Positions 26,449 through 38,661 of a stretch of 39,904 nucleotides of DNA are shown here, piece after piece (position 1 is the stretch's first letter; the number at the start of each line of letters is the position of its first letter). Source of the stretch: Paraphysomonas bandaiensis (lineage: Eukaryota > Protista > Chrysophyceae). The notes beneath the pieces were generated by a model. That model was not told the origin of the DNA. It did not search any database and saw only the letters and a list, made by a program, of their open reading frames with translations. The stretch covers positions 1-39,904 of the forward strand of contig CBFFRP010000545.1 in the NCBI GenBank assembly GCA_965644295.1, written 5' to 3'. The position numbers were made by a program, and so were the translations under genes.

Positions 26449-26698
26449 CCTCTACCCATAACTAATCAGCACAAATTCTATTATCCTACTATTTAGCGCT
26501 ACAGAAGCTGCTTGTGCGTCGCCGCAAGCACCAAGGTGCAACCACTTCCGTTCTTGTTGTTGTGTGTGAGTTCGCCCTGCTCGTGTGTCTGAGGACTCAC
26601 TGGCGCGTGTTGTCCGGGGGTCTCCCCTTGGGATAAGGTTCCGCCTGGCTCTGAGGTACCGGGTTCTGTATTAAGGTCCTGAGTGTACCGAGCACTAG
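26449..26698 (-). mobile_element. Interspersed repeat copy A (probable 5'-truncated retroelement end)
   Basis: Diverged reverse-complement match (roughly 85% by eye) to 39655-39904, e.g. the shared CGCTACAGAAGCTGCTTGTGCG..GCCGCAAGCACCAAGGTGCAACCACTTCCGTTCTT. Confidence 0.6.
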
Positions 26699-27822
26699 AG
26701 GTGTGTAAATAAGAATAGGAAAAAATATATACAAAGAAAATGAAAGTGGATTTGTAAAAAACGTATTGGCGTTGTGATTATTACTGTTACAATAAAACGA
26801 CTACAACATCACAATCTTACTATCACCCAAATATATATCACAGCGACTACTGTACCTTACTAAACTCAATTAAAGTCATCTATTTATCTATAGATGTCGT
26901 CGGTATATTGCGAGCTATATCCTTTTGCACTATACCTCCAGTCATATACTATAATTACTCGCCATACTACTTCAAGAGTCAAGTTCTATAATCAAGCAAT
27001 AGTGGGGAAGGCGAATATGTAGAATACGTATGTATGCTGTGTTTGTGTTGCATGATATGCCGATCATATCAACGTAACCATCAAACCATCCTCACATCGT
27101 TCACCCTCTCAGATCATATACCCCATATACCTTCACACTACAGAGTACATCCATCACACTGTATGCAATTCAGTCCATATCATATCATAATATACAGCCT
27201 TCTATGCCTTCCACCTGTACCACTGGTCATCAGACTGATAGTTTAAATAAGATGATGGGAATATGCAATTACCATAGTGTAGATACGATTGTGTACCGTG
27301 TATCCTACCTTCCGCCTTTGGCATTGAATTTATTATTTAATTAGTTGGCTGTGTGTTTTTCTCTTTTATAGTGAAATATATATAAGCTGTATAAAATATC
27401 GAATAATGTGCTCCAAAATCTGTAACTATGAGATATAGAACGGATATTTCTTTGCTGTTGATAAGAAAGTGAAAGAAAATATCTAGCTTAACTCTTTCAA
27501 TGCTGCCAGTTATACGTGTAAACAAGTAACATCTCAATCTGAATAGACTCACTAACAATTGTTGTAGTTCTTCCGTTTTTCTTATGTTAACTGTCTAGTA
27601 CAGTAGGTATGTAAATATTGATCGCACCCTTGTATATAATTTTGCTTTTATAATACTTAAGATTATACACTACCACTATACTTTTTATCTCATCAACTAC
27701 TCAAAACACGCCGACGCAGCATCTTGGATACGTGTACATACATGTGACAAACCTGTGTATAGCTTGGAGGGATCGGATCAACTAAATTTCATATATATTC
27801 ATTGCCGTCGGCGAGTATACGT

Positions 27823-28329
27823 CTAATTAGTCTTCTGTTGCACATGTCGACTACTAGCTATATCATAAAAATCCTCTACAGCTTTTTCCCAATAGGTCCG
27901 CTGCTGTTGAATTATAGTCGCAGTTTTCGCTTTACCCTTCTTCATGTTAACTGCACTTAAGCGCGCTTTCTTGGAGGCGAAAGAATGCAGGTGTGTCACT
28001 ATCTCTGACACTCTTTCCTTTCTCTTCTGTCCAATTTTGCGTTTCTCTAAACATTCAAGTATTTCACGTGAATGATTTCCCATCATATTTCGATCAACTT
28101 GATCTTCAGGTAATTCTTTTTCACCTTGAAGTAATGTAAGATTTTGTTTTAATGTTTGAACTTCAGCTTGTAAATCTTTATAAGCTTTTTTCATATTTTT
28201 GTATTTTTTCTTTTCACGTTCATATCTTTGTTTGTTTAATTTTAATTCTTTATAGATATGATCTCGATCAAGTTTCTTTCTTCCTGGACCTTGATGAGGT
28301 TGGGTATCAGAACAATATTCACAAGGCAT
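27823..28329 (-). CDS. Hypothetical basic coiled-coil protein, 168 aa
   Basis: Non-repeat part of ORF 27823..28662, from MPCEYCSD. Contains a heptad-like YKDLQAEVQTLKQNLTLL segment. No family recognised. Confidence 0.6.
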   Translation of the reverse strand: MPCEYCSDTQPHQGPGRKKLDRDHIYKELKLNKQRYEREKKKYKNMKKAYKDLQAEVQTLKQNLTLLQGEKELPEDQVDRNMMGNHSREILECLEKRKIGQKRKERVSEIVTHLHSFASKKARLSAVNMKKGKAKTATIIQQQRTYWEKAVEDFYDIASSRHVQQKTN

Positions 28330-28432
28330 CTTCTTATGATGATGATAATGAAAATATATGAAGCTTATGAATGACAACACTTTCAAACATACACACTTCT
28401 TTGAACATGATGTAGAGCCGTATCTTGAACAG

Positions 28433-28658
28433 GTACATACATACATACATACATACATACATACATACATACATACATACATACATACATACATACATAC
28501 ATACATACATACATACATACATACATACATACATACATACATACATACATACATACATACATACATACATACATACGTACATACATACATACATACATAC
28601 ATACATACATACGTACATACATACATACATACATACATACATACATACATACATACAT
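28433..28658 (+). repeat. (CATA)n microsatellite, ~225 bp
   Basis: Directly visible; lies in a divergent spacer. Confidence 0.98.
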
Positions 28659-28729
28659 CCATGCATCATTGGTGTGGTTCACAATCACTTATATACACTT
28701 ATATCGTACACATTAACATACCGTTAGCA

Positions 28730-30659
28730 ATGTCATCCGACGAGGTCTCTGACTTGATATCTTATGTTGAGGAAAATGGCGGTAAAGTAAACAAAGTCGA
28801 GTTCAAAAACTCTAGTGGTCAGGTATAATTATGTACCTATATATATATATATATATACTTATAGCAACTTTAACATACGTATATATGTACTTATACATAT
28901 CTAATCCTGTACACACGTACTTTTCCATACATACAGATATACATACATACATATAGTGTATTAACGTACTTATATATAGGGATATGGTATATATGCTACT
29001 ACAGATACTGAAGTGGGGGATATATTAATTGAAGTTCCCTATACATTATGCCTATCTATAGATAAAATACTTCAATCACCATTATCAATAATATTTGAAG
29101 AATATACAACTGTATTACAGTATCCTGATGAAGTTCTTGCTATAGGTATCATACATCTATATATGAAGTGTATGTATATATATACATCTATCTAACTTCG
29201 TATCTTAAAGGGTTAATGTATGGATTATATCATCCAACATGTGACTGGTATAAGCATATATTAACAATGCCAAAAACATTTCAAACTACAATATTTTGGT
29301 CTGATAATGAATTATCTGAAATTAAAACATCCATGATTTATCATTTGACGGGTATGATGAAACGGCAAATGATCTCTGATTGGGAAAATATACATGAACC
29401 ACTTTCTAAGAATTTTCCTCAATTAATTGGAGAAATTACATTTGATGACTATAAATGGGCATTATCAATTGTATACAGGTGAGTTCAAGTGTTTTCTTAT
29501 AATTTTATGGATATTGATGGGGTATGGGTTGCTGTGTATGTAGTCGTGCATTAGGTATTGAACGACATGGACAGTATCTTCGATGCATAGTACCGGTGAT
29601 CGATATGGCCAATCATCAGTCAGGTATCTTTACTATGACGTAGTATTTGTGGGTGTGATAGTCTAACCTGGATTTGTAGATGCTGCTGCTGATGCATCAC
29701 AAACATTCTCCTTCAGTGAACAAGATGACTGTATGCTTTTCATGAGTGGGAAGAACTATTCAGTGGGGTCAGAGTGCTATGCTTTTTACGGCAATTACTC
29801 GAACTCAAAACTGCTCTACACGTATGGGTTTGTATTGCCCAACGAAGCACCCAGAGCCATTGACTTTTGGCCAGCGTTGCCATCAAACTCCCCTGCAGTC
29901 TCAGATAAGCAGGTTGTGTTGCAATCGCACGAGTTAACACGAACACAATCGTACGACTTCCAAGGTAATATCCAATGGCAGTACTACTCTATTTTCCATG
30001 TATGTAGTATGTGTCTATCATACTATGCTCGCCTCTACTTTCATTGATATCTGTGGTTGTAATATCCCAGGTACTTTGCGAGGTGGTGGATGGATATCAC
30101 CCGCACTCTTGGCTACTCTTCGTGTGACCCAGTGCACTGTAGAAGAGGTACCACTGATGCATATGGCTTATGAAGGTACAGGGATGATATCTCCACGAAA
30201 TGAGAGGGCTGCCTATATGTCCCTACGGGAGATGCTATACGCGAAGCTACATGTAGAGACTGCTCAGGTAGTACAGTTTCCTCGCGTAGCATTTCATAGC
30301 ATTGCCTTACTTCGCTCTTTGTTGCGTAATATGGGATCATACTTTATCATTTCCTCATGCGGGTGCTTGAAACAGGAGGACAGGAGAGCGTTAGCAGAAA
30401 TGCTTGTTGACTCTTCGCAGCTGAAATCGGATGCGGCGTACAGAAGATTTGCTGCCCTGGTGATACGTGTAGAAGACAGGGAAACAGTTCAGGTAGATGT
30501 AATTCATTTCTGTGTTATGGAAAATATATGGAAAATAACTTGCGTGAAATTGATATTTTGTTATAGGAATGTTTGGATAAAGTGAATAGCTGGTTGGCAG
30601 AGTTAGAAGAAGCTGGAGATAACTACACTCCCCATGTTTCCATAAATAATGCAGGTTAA
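28730..30659 (+). CDS. SET-domain methyltransferase, Rubisco-LSMT/SETD3/SETD6 class, multi-exon
   Basis: GYGIYAT..VGDILIEVP, YKWALSIVYSRA, VPVIDMANH and YAFYGNYSNSKLLYTYGF, followed by a substrate-binding-like C-terminal region. The last exon is 30567-30659. Confidence 0.88.
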
Positions 30660-31461
30660 GACCTTTATCATTTTATTTACACAAGTAGTAATAAAAAGCC
30701 AATACACGGGTACGGGATTTCAATATATGCCTTTTATCCGTAGAATGAATAAGTAAAGGCTTATAATATATATATATTTCATATTATCCTTGAAGTGTAG
30801 TGTATTTTATAATTGTTGTCAAGAAGAACAATGAGCAGTCTCTCAGCTTGCAGTAGAGCTCTTGACATAACCATGTGATGTCAAGGAAACAATAGCACCT
30901 TTTCTTTTAAGTCTACCTATCATGAACTCAACAGAAATTACAGCGTCATTGAGAGTTGAGATGCCATATCGTTCGGCGGTCACAATCTTGAGACGAATGA
31001 TTGAAACGAAACTATTTTGTACACTCAAGCTACTCATTTTGCAATTTCGTAGCATAAGAATCATTATTAATACAAATATTCACAACGCAAACAACAAGTA
31101 ATATATTACACTTAAATACTCTTTTGCATACACCGAGGGAATATGCATCCATAGCAGGATAGAGTTGTCATAGTCAAGCTATCATACAATACCTTAACCC
31201 TCCCTCCCTGCGCCAATTCGCTCATTCAACAATCTAAACCTTATTTTGATATTCAACAAAAATCATGCTCATGAAATATGAAATCAGTAATAATAAATGT
31301 ATACAATGCAAGCTTATTTCTAGTATAAGGAACGAGGAAGATCACCAATATGTTAGGATTCACGAGTGACCTCATACTATTTGGGAATATAAAGTACATT
31401 TCTCCACGACCGTCCATCTGACGATGCTCTGACGTAGAGTTTACTTATGTCGTAGAGGTAC

Positions 31462-33112
31462 CTACACACCATAGTCATCTGAACAAATTGGTACAACCTT
31501 GATGCGCCTTAGCTTTAGAGAGCTTCCTGGCGAGTTGAAAGCTGATCCTGGGTCCCGAGACACAATTTTCAGTTTCGACAATTTCGAGATCTGTATGATA
31601 GACCTAGCGGGAGAAGCGGGGGCGGACCCATGTAAAGACCCATGATGTGAGCCATAGTGAGATCCGTTGAAAGAAAAATCGGTTAGACTAGATACGTTTG
31701 ACACCGCAGCGTGGAAAGGTTCGCATGCGTAATCTGAGTGATGTTCATAAAATTCCCTTTCATCATTTTCTCTGTCTGAATCAGAGCTGACATTCATGCC
31801 CAGTACTCTGAGGCATATTTCTGATTGAGTGTGTTCCTTAGATGACAGGTGAATCACACGAGCATCCTGTGATTTGGTCGACACAGAAGACATAGTAGAG
31901 ACTGACATTGACGATTTCGACGAGGCTTTAGGCAACGGAGGACGGTTAAATGAGGGACTGTTAGGGCATCTGTCGTGAAGATGTGGCTTCGAGTGCTTCG
32001 AGTCCACCCGAGAATTAGCAGCGGCTAGAACCGCTCGATGTAACATATCAGGAGTCACAGGAGATCCCTTCGAGAGAGCTATCGTAGAAGTATGATCAAC
32101 AGCGATACCGTGAGTACGAGGCTGCTTTTTGCGTCTCACTGCTTGCTTCGGATAGTCACTGACAACTTTCGGATCTGCATTATCGGTGATACTTGTTGCA
32201 AGCATATCCGTTTTCTGAATGATTTCACGTTTTCCGTCCACATGAAAGGCCAAAATTTCCCTCACAGTTGCCACTCGTTGTCCACCTTCAACAGACATTC
32301 TGTATTTGCTAAGTCGCCTCCATCGCATATTGCCTCCACATCGACTTCGAATATTCGCTTGCATTCGAATGAGTGGGGAGATAAATGTACTATGTCGCTT
32401 GCAAAACTGATAAAAATCATCGGGTTCGAATTCGTGTAAGGGATGTAAGCCCACCATTTTATACACCCTATTAAAAAATACCATTACATAAAGACATAAA
32501 GACGTAATACATACACATCAATCTGACTATACATGCTAGTAAATAAGAAACTATAACACCAATAGATACACTACTAACAATAACAACACTACATATAATC
32601 ATATCAAATAAATAAAAACTTACTCTTGAAATGTTTTTTTATCTTGTAATTGATTCCCATACAATTCATGTATTAATGAATTGACATCCCGTCTTTGATT
32701 ATGATCACGATAACGTGTTAATAAATCAAAACAAAAATACACTATAATAAAAAACAAACAAAAATCAATTACTAAAGATCATGTATATATATATATACCT
32801 ACCTAATGCCTCTGGATTTAATGTACATATATTCCATATACATATAACAAATTCTCTAAAATCTATACATTCAGTTGTATAATCAAATAATGTAAATACA
32901 CGATATTTTAAATTAGTAAAATCAATATGAAAATTTGTTAATAATAATGATATATATATATAATCAGGACTATCTGTTAACATACATATGAATATATGAT
33001 AGAGTTTGGCTATATCTGATGCTTTGAAACCTAATGATTTAAATTGTTGTTTCCATTGTAATAATTCAGGATGATATGAATATATATTACATTGAAATGA
33101 ACACAATAACAT
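31462..33112 (-). CDS. Degenerate EF-hand (calcineurin-B-like) protein with Ser-rich tail, ~3 exons
   Basis: DIAKLYHIF, RVFTLFD..IDFREFVICIWNICTL, FCFDL and FYQFCKRHSTFISPLIRMQANIR..GGNMRWRRLS resemble a CNB-like family common in stramenopiles (recalled, not searched). Confidence 0.65.
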
Positions 33113-33746
33113 GAATAGTTGAATTATAGTTATATATAGAAGAGGTTAGTTTAATGTATGTATGTATGTATGTATGTGTATATATGACAAGCTCCTCTAT
33201 ATATCTATATATATATATGTATATGTATGTATAGGTAGGTGTATCATATGAAATATCTCATAAGATATCATCATATTCTTTAAACGTAATTTTAGAAGGG
33301 AAATTCCCGCCTTATAGAAGATACAGACAATATCATAGAATACACTTCATACTTTATATATATATATTCACTTACTTTTTCTTTAGTCACTTCAACTAAT
33401 TCCGTTTCATGTAACCAATCATATCTCTTGAAATAATAAATAGAATATCACTTCGTATCTTTAAGAATCATATGTATTTTCAGTTTTTCTTATCATTTAC
33501 TGAAAAAAAAAGCAGTTACAGATCAGCCGTTTATTAAACTGTCATCTCACATTACATACATATATGTAGAGAAGACAGAGGCTTTTAATAGTATATGCAG
33601 TGGTAGAATGCAATAAAGGTGTAATTTCTTTAAATGAAATAGTCTTGTTGTAGTATTGACGTAATATTTTGTGGAATTGATTGAAATTATTTCATTTATT
33701 TCTATATTTGAGTCCAATCAGTGATATCTACAGATTAATAGTAATA

Positions 33747-36325
33747 ATGGCAGCCGATCTCCAATATATGTTTACACAACCACGTGATAAAAGCGCATCG
33801 AGGGTATGTATATTCTTACTGTATAGTATGAATTATTGATTGATTGATTGATTACAGGTTGCATCATCTTTCGTACCATCGAAAACAACTGGAGAGGATG
33901 GAAAGTTGTATATGCTTGCCGACAAGGAAGATGCAGCCAAATTCAAAACATTATCAGATGAAGAGATACAAGAAGAACAAAGAGTGAGTGAGAAAATGAA
34001 GGAATCGATATTGGCTAATTCGAAAAATCGAGCAAAAATTGATTCACATGGATTTCCTAGGAAAGAGTCGCCCCAGAAAACTGTTCCCAAGAAACAACCA
34101 AAGAAACGTCAGTCATCTACATCACATCATCAAACCTCAGATATGGGTTCTACACATATGGACAGTGCTCTGCTAAATGAGACTGCGAAAGCTGTGACGA
34201 AAACAATCGGTGAAGATGATGATCGGGATACATCTATGGGTCCTCCTGAAGATAAACTTCTTCGTACGGTGTCTACAATGCAGGAAAAATATGCAGAAAA
34301 TTTGAAAATAATCGAAAAACTCTTTAAAGAGCGTCAGGAAATGGAGAAACGTCTTGAATACGTTGAAAAGCAGTTGAAACAAAGTCGTCGAAGCAATAAC
34401 CTCCACAAGAAACTCAGACAAGCTCAAACAATGAGTGCAGCTAGTGCATCCCGTGAGGGATTTTCTGTGAGCCAACCGAAAGAAACTGAACGATTAAATA
34501 AAACTGCTCCTGTAGGAGATCTAAATGAACTCCTAGGAGGAGGTGATGAGTGTTTTCCTGATACAGGGGCAAATAATGCGAATGGAATGAGTTTTTTACC
34601 TCCCATGGGAGGAGACGAATGTCTTCCAGGTGATGAGGAAACAGAAACTGCCACGGCTGCACCGCCACCTGGCTATAATGACTCTTCTGTAACAAGTGGT
34701 ATGACGGAAACATCGGCGAAAAACGCGCATCCTGCTTTGCAAGAAAGCATAAGGAGCAATAACAAGTACAGCGATGAGCCGGCGAGTATAGATATAGGTG
34801 ATTCGAGTGTCGTGTTGCAGTAGTATATATATGACATTGTTTATAAGTTTAAGTGTATACATATTTAATTATGCCAATTAGAACCACAGATTCGTCCAAC
34901 TAGTGCCCGATCACCTGCCCCTCCAGAAATACGTAAAAAGAAGACTACCAGACCGATGTCTGCCAATAACTTAACATTTTCTCATACCCGTAGTCAACCG
35001 TCTCCGGCAGTAACAGCCCAAATGGACAGGTAAATGTCGTTATATTATAGTTCTGTCTTGTATCGCTTATGTATAGTATTCGCTTGTTCATGTACCAGTG
35101 ATATGTATGCAACAGAGTACACGTACTGTTAGGAAACGATCCGTTGTTTAGAAGTATTTATTCTCTTTTTCCGTGTACGTTAGGTTTCATCATAAGCGAG
35201 TGGAGATTGAAGAAGAGAAACAGCAGCGTTTATTAGAGAAGAAAATAGCAGAAGATATTGAGTTCGAAAAAGAGCACATGAAGTATTTAGAAGAGGATGC
35301 AAAAAGGAAGGAAAAGCAGCAACGTTTTTTAAATCGAATTAGAAAGTCTGCTGATACATACCGTGAGTGGAGCGATATTAAACGAGAAGATGAAGAAAAG
35401 CGAAAAAGACATGAGAAACGTAGGGAACATCACTTTCAAAAGTGGTTGGAAGACCAGAAGAAAGCCGAGGACAGAAGAAACGAAGCCCACCCACTTCCGT
35501 CCAACTTCAAAGCGGAAGATCCTGTAAAGGTAACATGGTGTACTTTTTTACATTTTTCTCATATTGTATACTTTAGGTGAAGAATTACCTTGAGACACAA
35601 AGGGAAAAATGGGATAAAATATGTGCTGAAGAAGAAGCTAAACGTAAAGCCCGTGAAAAGCTGAGAAAGGTTCTTGAGAGAAAGTTTCGTAGAAATCGCG
35701 AGAAAGCTCGTAAGGAATGGTTAAGGCAAGAAAAACTTAGAAAAGAGGCTGAAGCGAAAGCATTGCAGGAAGAAGCGGAAGAGCGTGAAAAGCAGTACAA
35801 TGAAATAACTCAAAGAGCTAAAGCCGAGCGAGATCGAGTGGAAGCTCTTGAACGAATTCGTCAACAAGAGAGTCAAAGACGAAGGGAAATAGTCACTAAA
35901 AAAGAAGCTGCTGCTCGGGAAGAAGAAAGAAAAAGAGAGAGAGAAAAGTTATTAGAAGAGCGAAAAGAGCGCGCGCTTGAAAAGCAGCGAAAGGTTGAAG
36001 CAGAGAAACGGAAGAAGGAAGCGCTGAAAAAAATACTTCACGGCAGTGTACCTGAATCGTCTCTTCACTGGACGCAAGCAGCCACGAAAAGAGCCGAAAC
36101 GGTAAGAACTTCTCTACATGCATTGTATTTGAGCACATTATAGAAAACGGTAGTAATATTATGTTTCAGGTTCGAAAGTCTCTTGAGAAAAAAGCAATAG
36201 AAGAAAAACGGAAGGAAGAAGAAGAGGAAGAATATGAAAGAAAGAAAAAACAGAAGCAACAGGTTCCACAGAAGGAAAAGCCATTTAGTTTAAAAGATTT
36301 TCTTAGAAGTCAGCATAGTCTATGA
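33747..36325 (+). CDS. Hypothetical charged (E/K/R-rich) coiled-coil protein, multi-exon
   Basis: Long ORFs 33906-34823, 35173-35580 and 35577-36143 can be joined by GT-AG introns. First exon MAADLQYMFTQPRDKSASR; last exon 36170-36325. Confidence 0.75.
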
Positions 36326-36780
36326 AATTCAACAGGCGAATATTTTTCTCATAGTTATTAATATATACTTTTCTATAGCTCATACTTATTATATAGATTA
36401 CTAAGGTATCTATTTCTTTATTTGTTGGAGCAACTGATTGTATCTTGTATTCGATTAGAGGATATATATTCAGCTAGGCAGCATATCTACCTTAAACGAT
36501 ATACAGTACAACAATAAAATTTTGCAGCATGTAATATTTCCGTTATAGTGAGAAAGATTGCGATGCTCGAAATTTACAATAGAAGAAAAATAAATAACAC
36601 CATATTCACGACTTCATGAAATGGGTACGTCAGTGCGTATAGAGCAAAATATTATTAGATATAAACACTAATCCTTAACGTAAATAATACGTACAGCTAT
36701 CATAATAAGAAACGAGTAGAGGTAAGCCTTTGCACACTCTCCAACCTCCTATCTACTTCCATCTATATACCAAAATAGGA

Positions 36781-37701
36781 TTACTGCGGGCCACCATCAA
36801 CTTGTTCCCTTCCCATGCATAGTGCTGCATCGTCTTCCTTTGCTACCACCATTAAACTCCATATAAACATCATTGATCCGAAGCAAGACCCTATACTAAC
36901 TGTGTTACCAAACCTTGAAAATGCGTATGTCCCAGACTGGATGCTTTGCGGAAGAAGCGTCACTGTGGCACTATAAAACATTACTGATGCCGATGCACTC
37001 GCCAGAGTTGATGACATTGAATTACTAGCTGACGAAGATAAGACAAACCCTGTGTACATTCCAAGTGGAAGTAGAACAGCGTACGATAAAATCGAGAACC
37101 AGCTCACATATTTGTCTCTTGCCCCCCTTTCAAGATTCAGTCCAAGAGTCGATGTTCCAGCTATACGTAGTGCACCATATGATAGACATGTATATATACC
37201 TACCCACGGTATGATGCCTATGTACATGCCAACCACAAAAGGAGCAAAGGACAGCCCACTATACAAGAGTAATGCACTCTGATAATCATTTGAACCATCA
37301 AAAAGTGATGGATACAAAACTTCTTCAATCTTTTCTACACGTTCATCATCAGATGGTAATGTAACAGCAGATATACTTTGAAACCAACATGATAATGCAA
37401 CTTGTAATATATATATACATCCAAATTGTAACATAGCTTTAATACATTGATTATATATTATCTCACACTGTATATCATCCGTTATAAAATATATCATTGA
37501 TATTGCTAAATTATTACATGCTGATGCAATTAATATACCAGCTAAACATGATTTTGTTATAGATATGACACGTATATCCATATTATTTAAGAAAGGATGG
37601 CATAACCCTCCTATAATACACAATACAAATATACAGATAGGGAATATTGATTTAAATAATAGTAGAGTATGATATTGTTGTGTATTGAGTGTATTATTCA
37701 T
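36781..37701 (-). CDS. Divergent ZIP (SLC39/ZRT-IRT)-like multi-pass membrane protein
   Basis: About 8 hydrophobic segments in a 3+5 arrangement. ZIP-like motifs: SCLAGILIASA, GLSFAPFVVGMYIG, YAVLLPLGMYTG and ASASVMFYSATVTLLP. Start is 37701 or 37812. Confidence 0.65.
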   Translation of the reverse strand: MNNTLNTQQYHTLLLFKSIFPICIFVLCIIGGLCHPFLNNMDIRVISITKSCLAGILIASACNNLAISMIYFITDDIQCEIIYNQCIKAMLQFGCIYILQVALSCWFQSISAVTLPSDDERVEKIEEVLYPSLFDGSNDYQSALLLYSGLSFAPFVVGMYIGIIPWVGIYTCLSYGALRIAGTSTLGLNLERGARDKYVSWFSILSYAVLLPLGMYTGFVLSSSASNSMSSTLASASASVMFYSATVTLLPQSIQSGTYAFSRFGNTVSIGSCFGSMMFIWSLMVVAKEDDAALCMGREQVDGGPQ

Positions 37702-38315
37702 GATGTTTTGATTAATTTGAATGTGTTTGTTTAATGAATTAATGACTCCATGGAGGAGATAGTGGGATGGATGTATATATATGAGGAGATGTGGGTAGCT
37801 AGATATGCACATGTATGTATGTATGTATATATATGTATGTGTATATATGTATGTATATATATATGTATGGCTGCAATATATTAGAAAAAAACAAGAGATT
37901 TTATAATTTCAGTACTATATATATAGGAAATTTATATGTGATAGTAAGAAAATCATGGATTTATAGATAGAAAACCATAAGAATTTCATCCATTTCAGCG
38001 ATAATCAATATCCAAATACATGTATATTGTGTGTGGAGGATGTATGGCACACACTGCTGTGTGGATGTACTGCTACACAGTGTATGTACTGCTATACTAT
38101 ATACTACTGTATATATGTATGGGAGGCAGGTAGTCATACATATGTCGATGTATGTATGTATATATTGAGAGAGCGAGTGGAGTTCTTATATACGTAGAAT
38201 TCCATATATAACACATGCATATATACACATATATATATATACACATCCAGCATATAACAACACACACACATATATATATATTCACATATATCATACACTA
38301 TTATCATATTCAAAT

Positions 38316-38661
38316 ATGAATTTTTTTACTGGTAATTCAACACAACCAACTGGTCCATCACCATTATTTGCAGCTAAAACAGATTTGGAAATGTATACAG
38401 ACATGTTTAACAGGTAACTGAATATACAGTGACAGTTCAATTCAATCCCTCATATATATATATAGAATGTCATCTGTATGTGCGAAAAAATGTATTACGA
38501 AATTTTCTGATTCAGATCTACAAGTTGGTGAAATGACATGCATAGACAGATGTACAGGAAAGTACATGCATGCTCAAGGTATGGTGGGGGATATTTTACA
38601 AGCCTTTGAAAGTCAGCAGCAAGCACAACAACAGGCTGCAGCACAGTTTGCTCCGAAATAA
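38316..38661 (+). CDS. TIM10: Mitochondrial small Tim chaperone Tim10; exons 38316-38413 and 38466-38661
   Basis: AAKTDLEMYTDMFNRMSSVCAKKC...LQVGEMTCIDRCTGKY twin CX3C motif; the intron joins the exons in frame. Confidence 0.92.

Noticed and set aside
26588-26600. Hammerhead core-like CTGAGGA in repeat copy A
   Set aside because: Not conserved in copy B (CTTTGGA), and no correctly placed GAAA.
14064-28828. Long YIHT / MYVC ORFs (up to 814 aa)
   Set aside because: Stop-free translations of (CATA)n/(TATG)n microsatellites, open in all frames.
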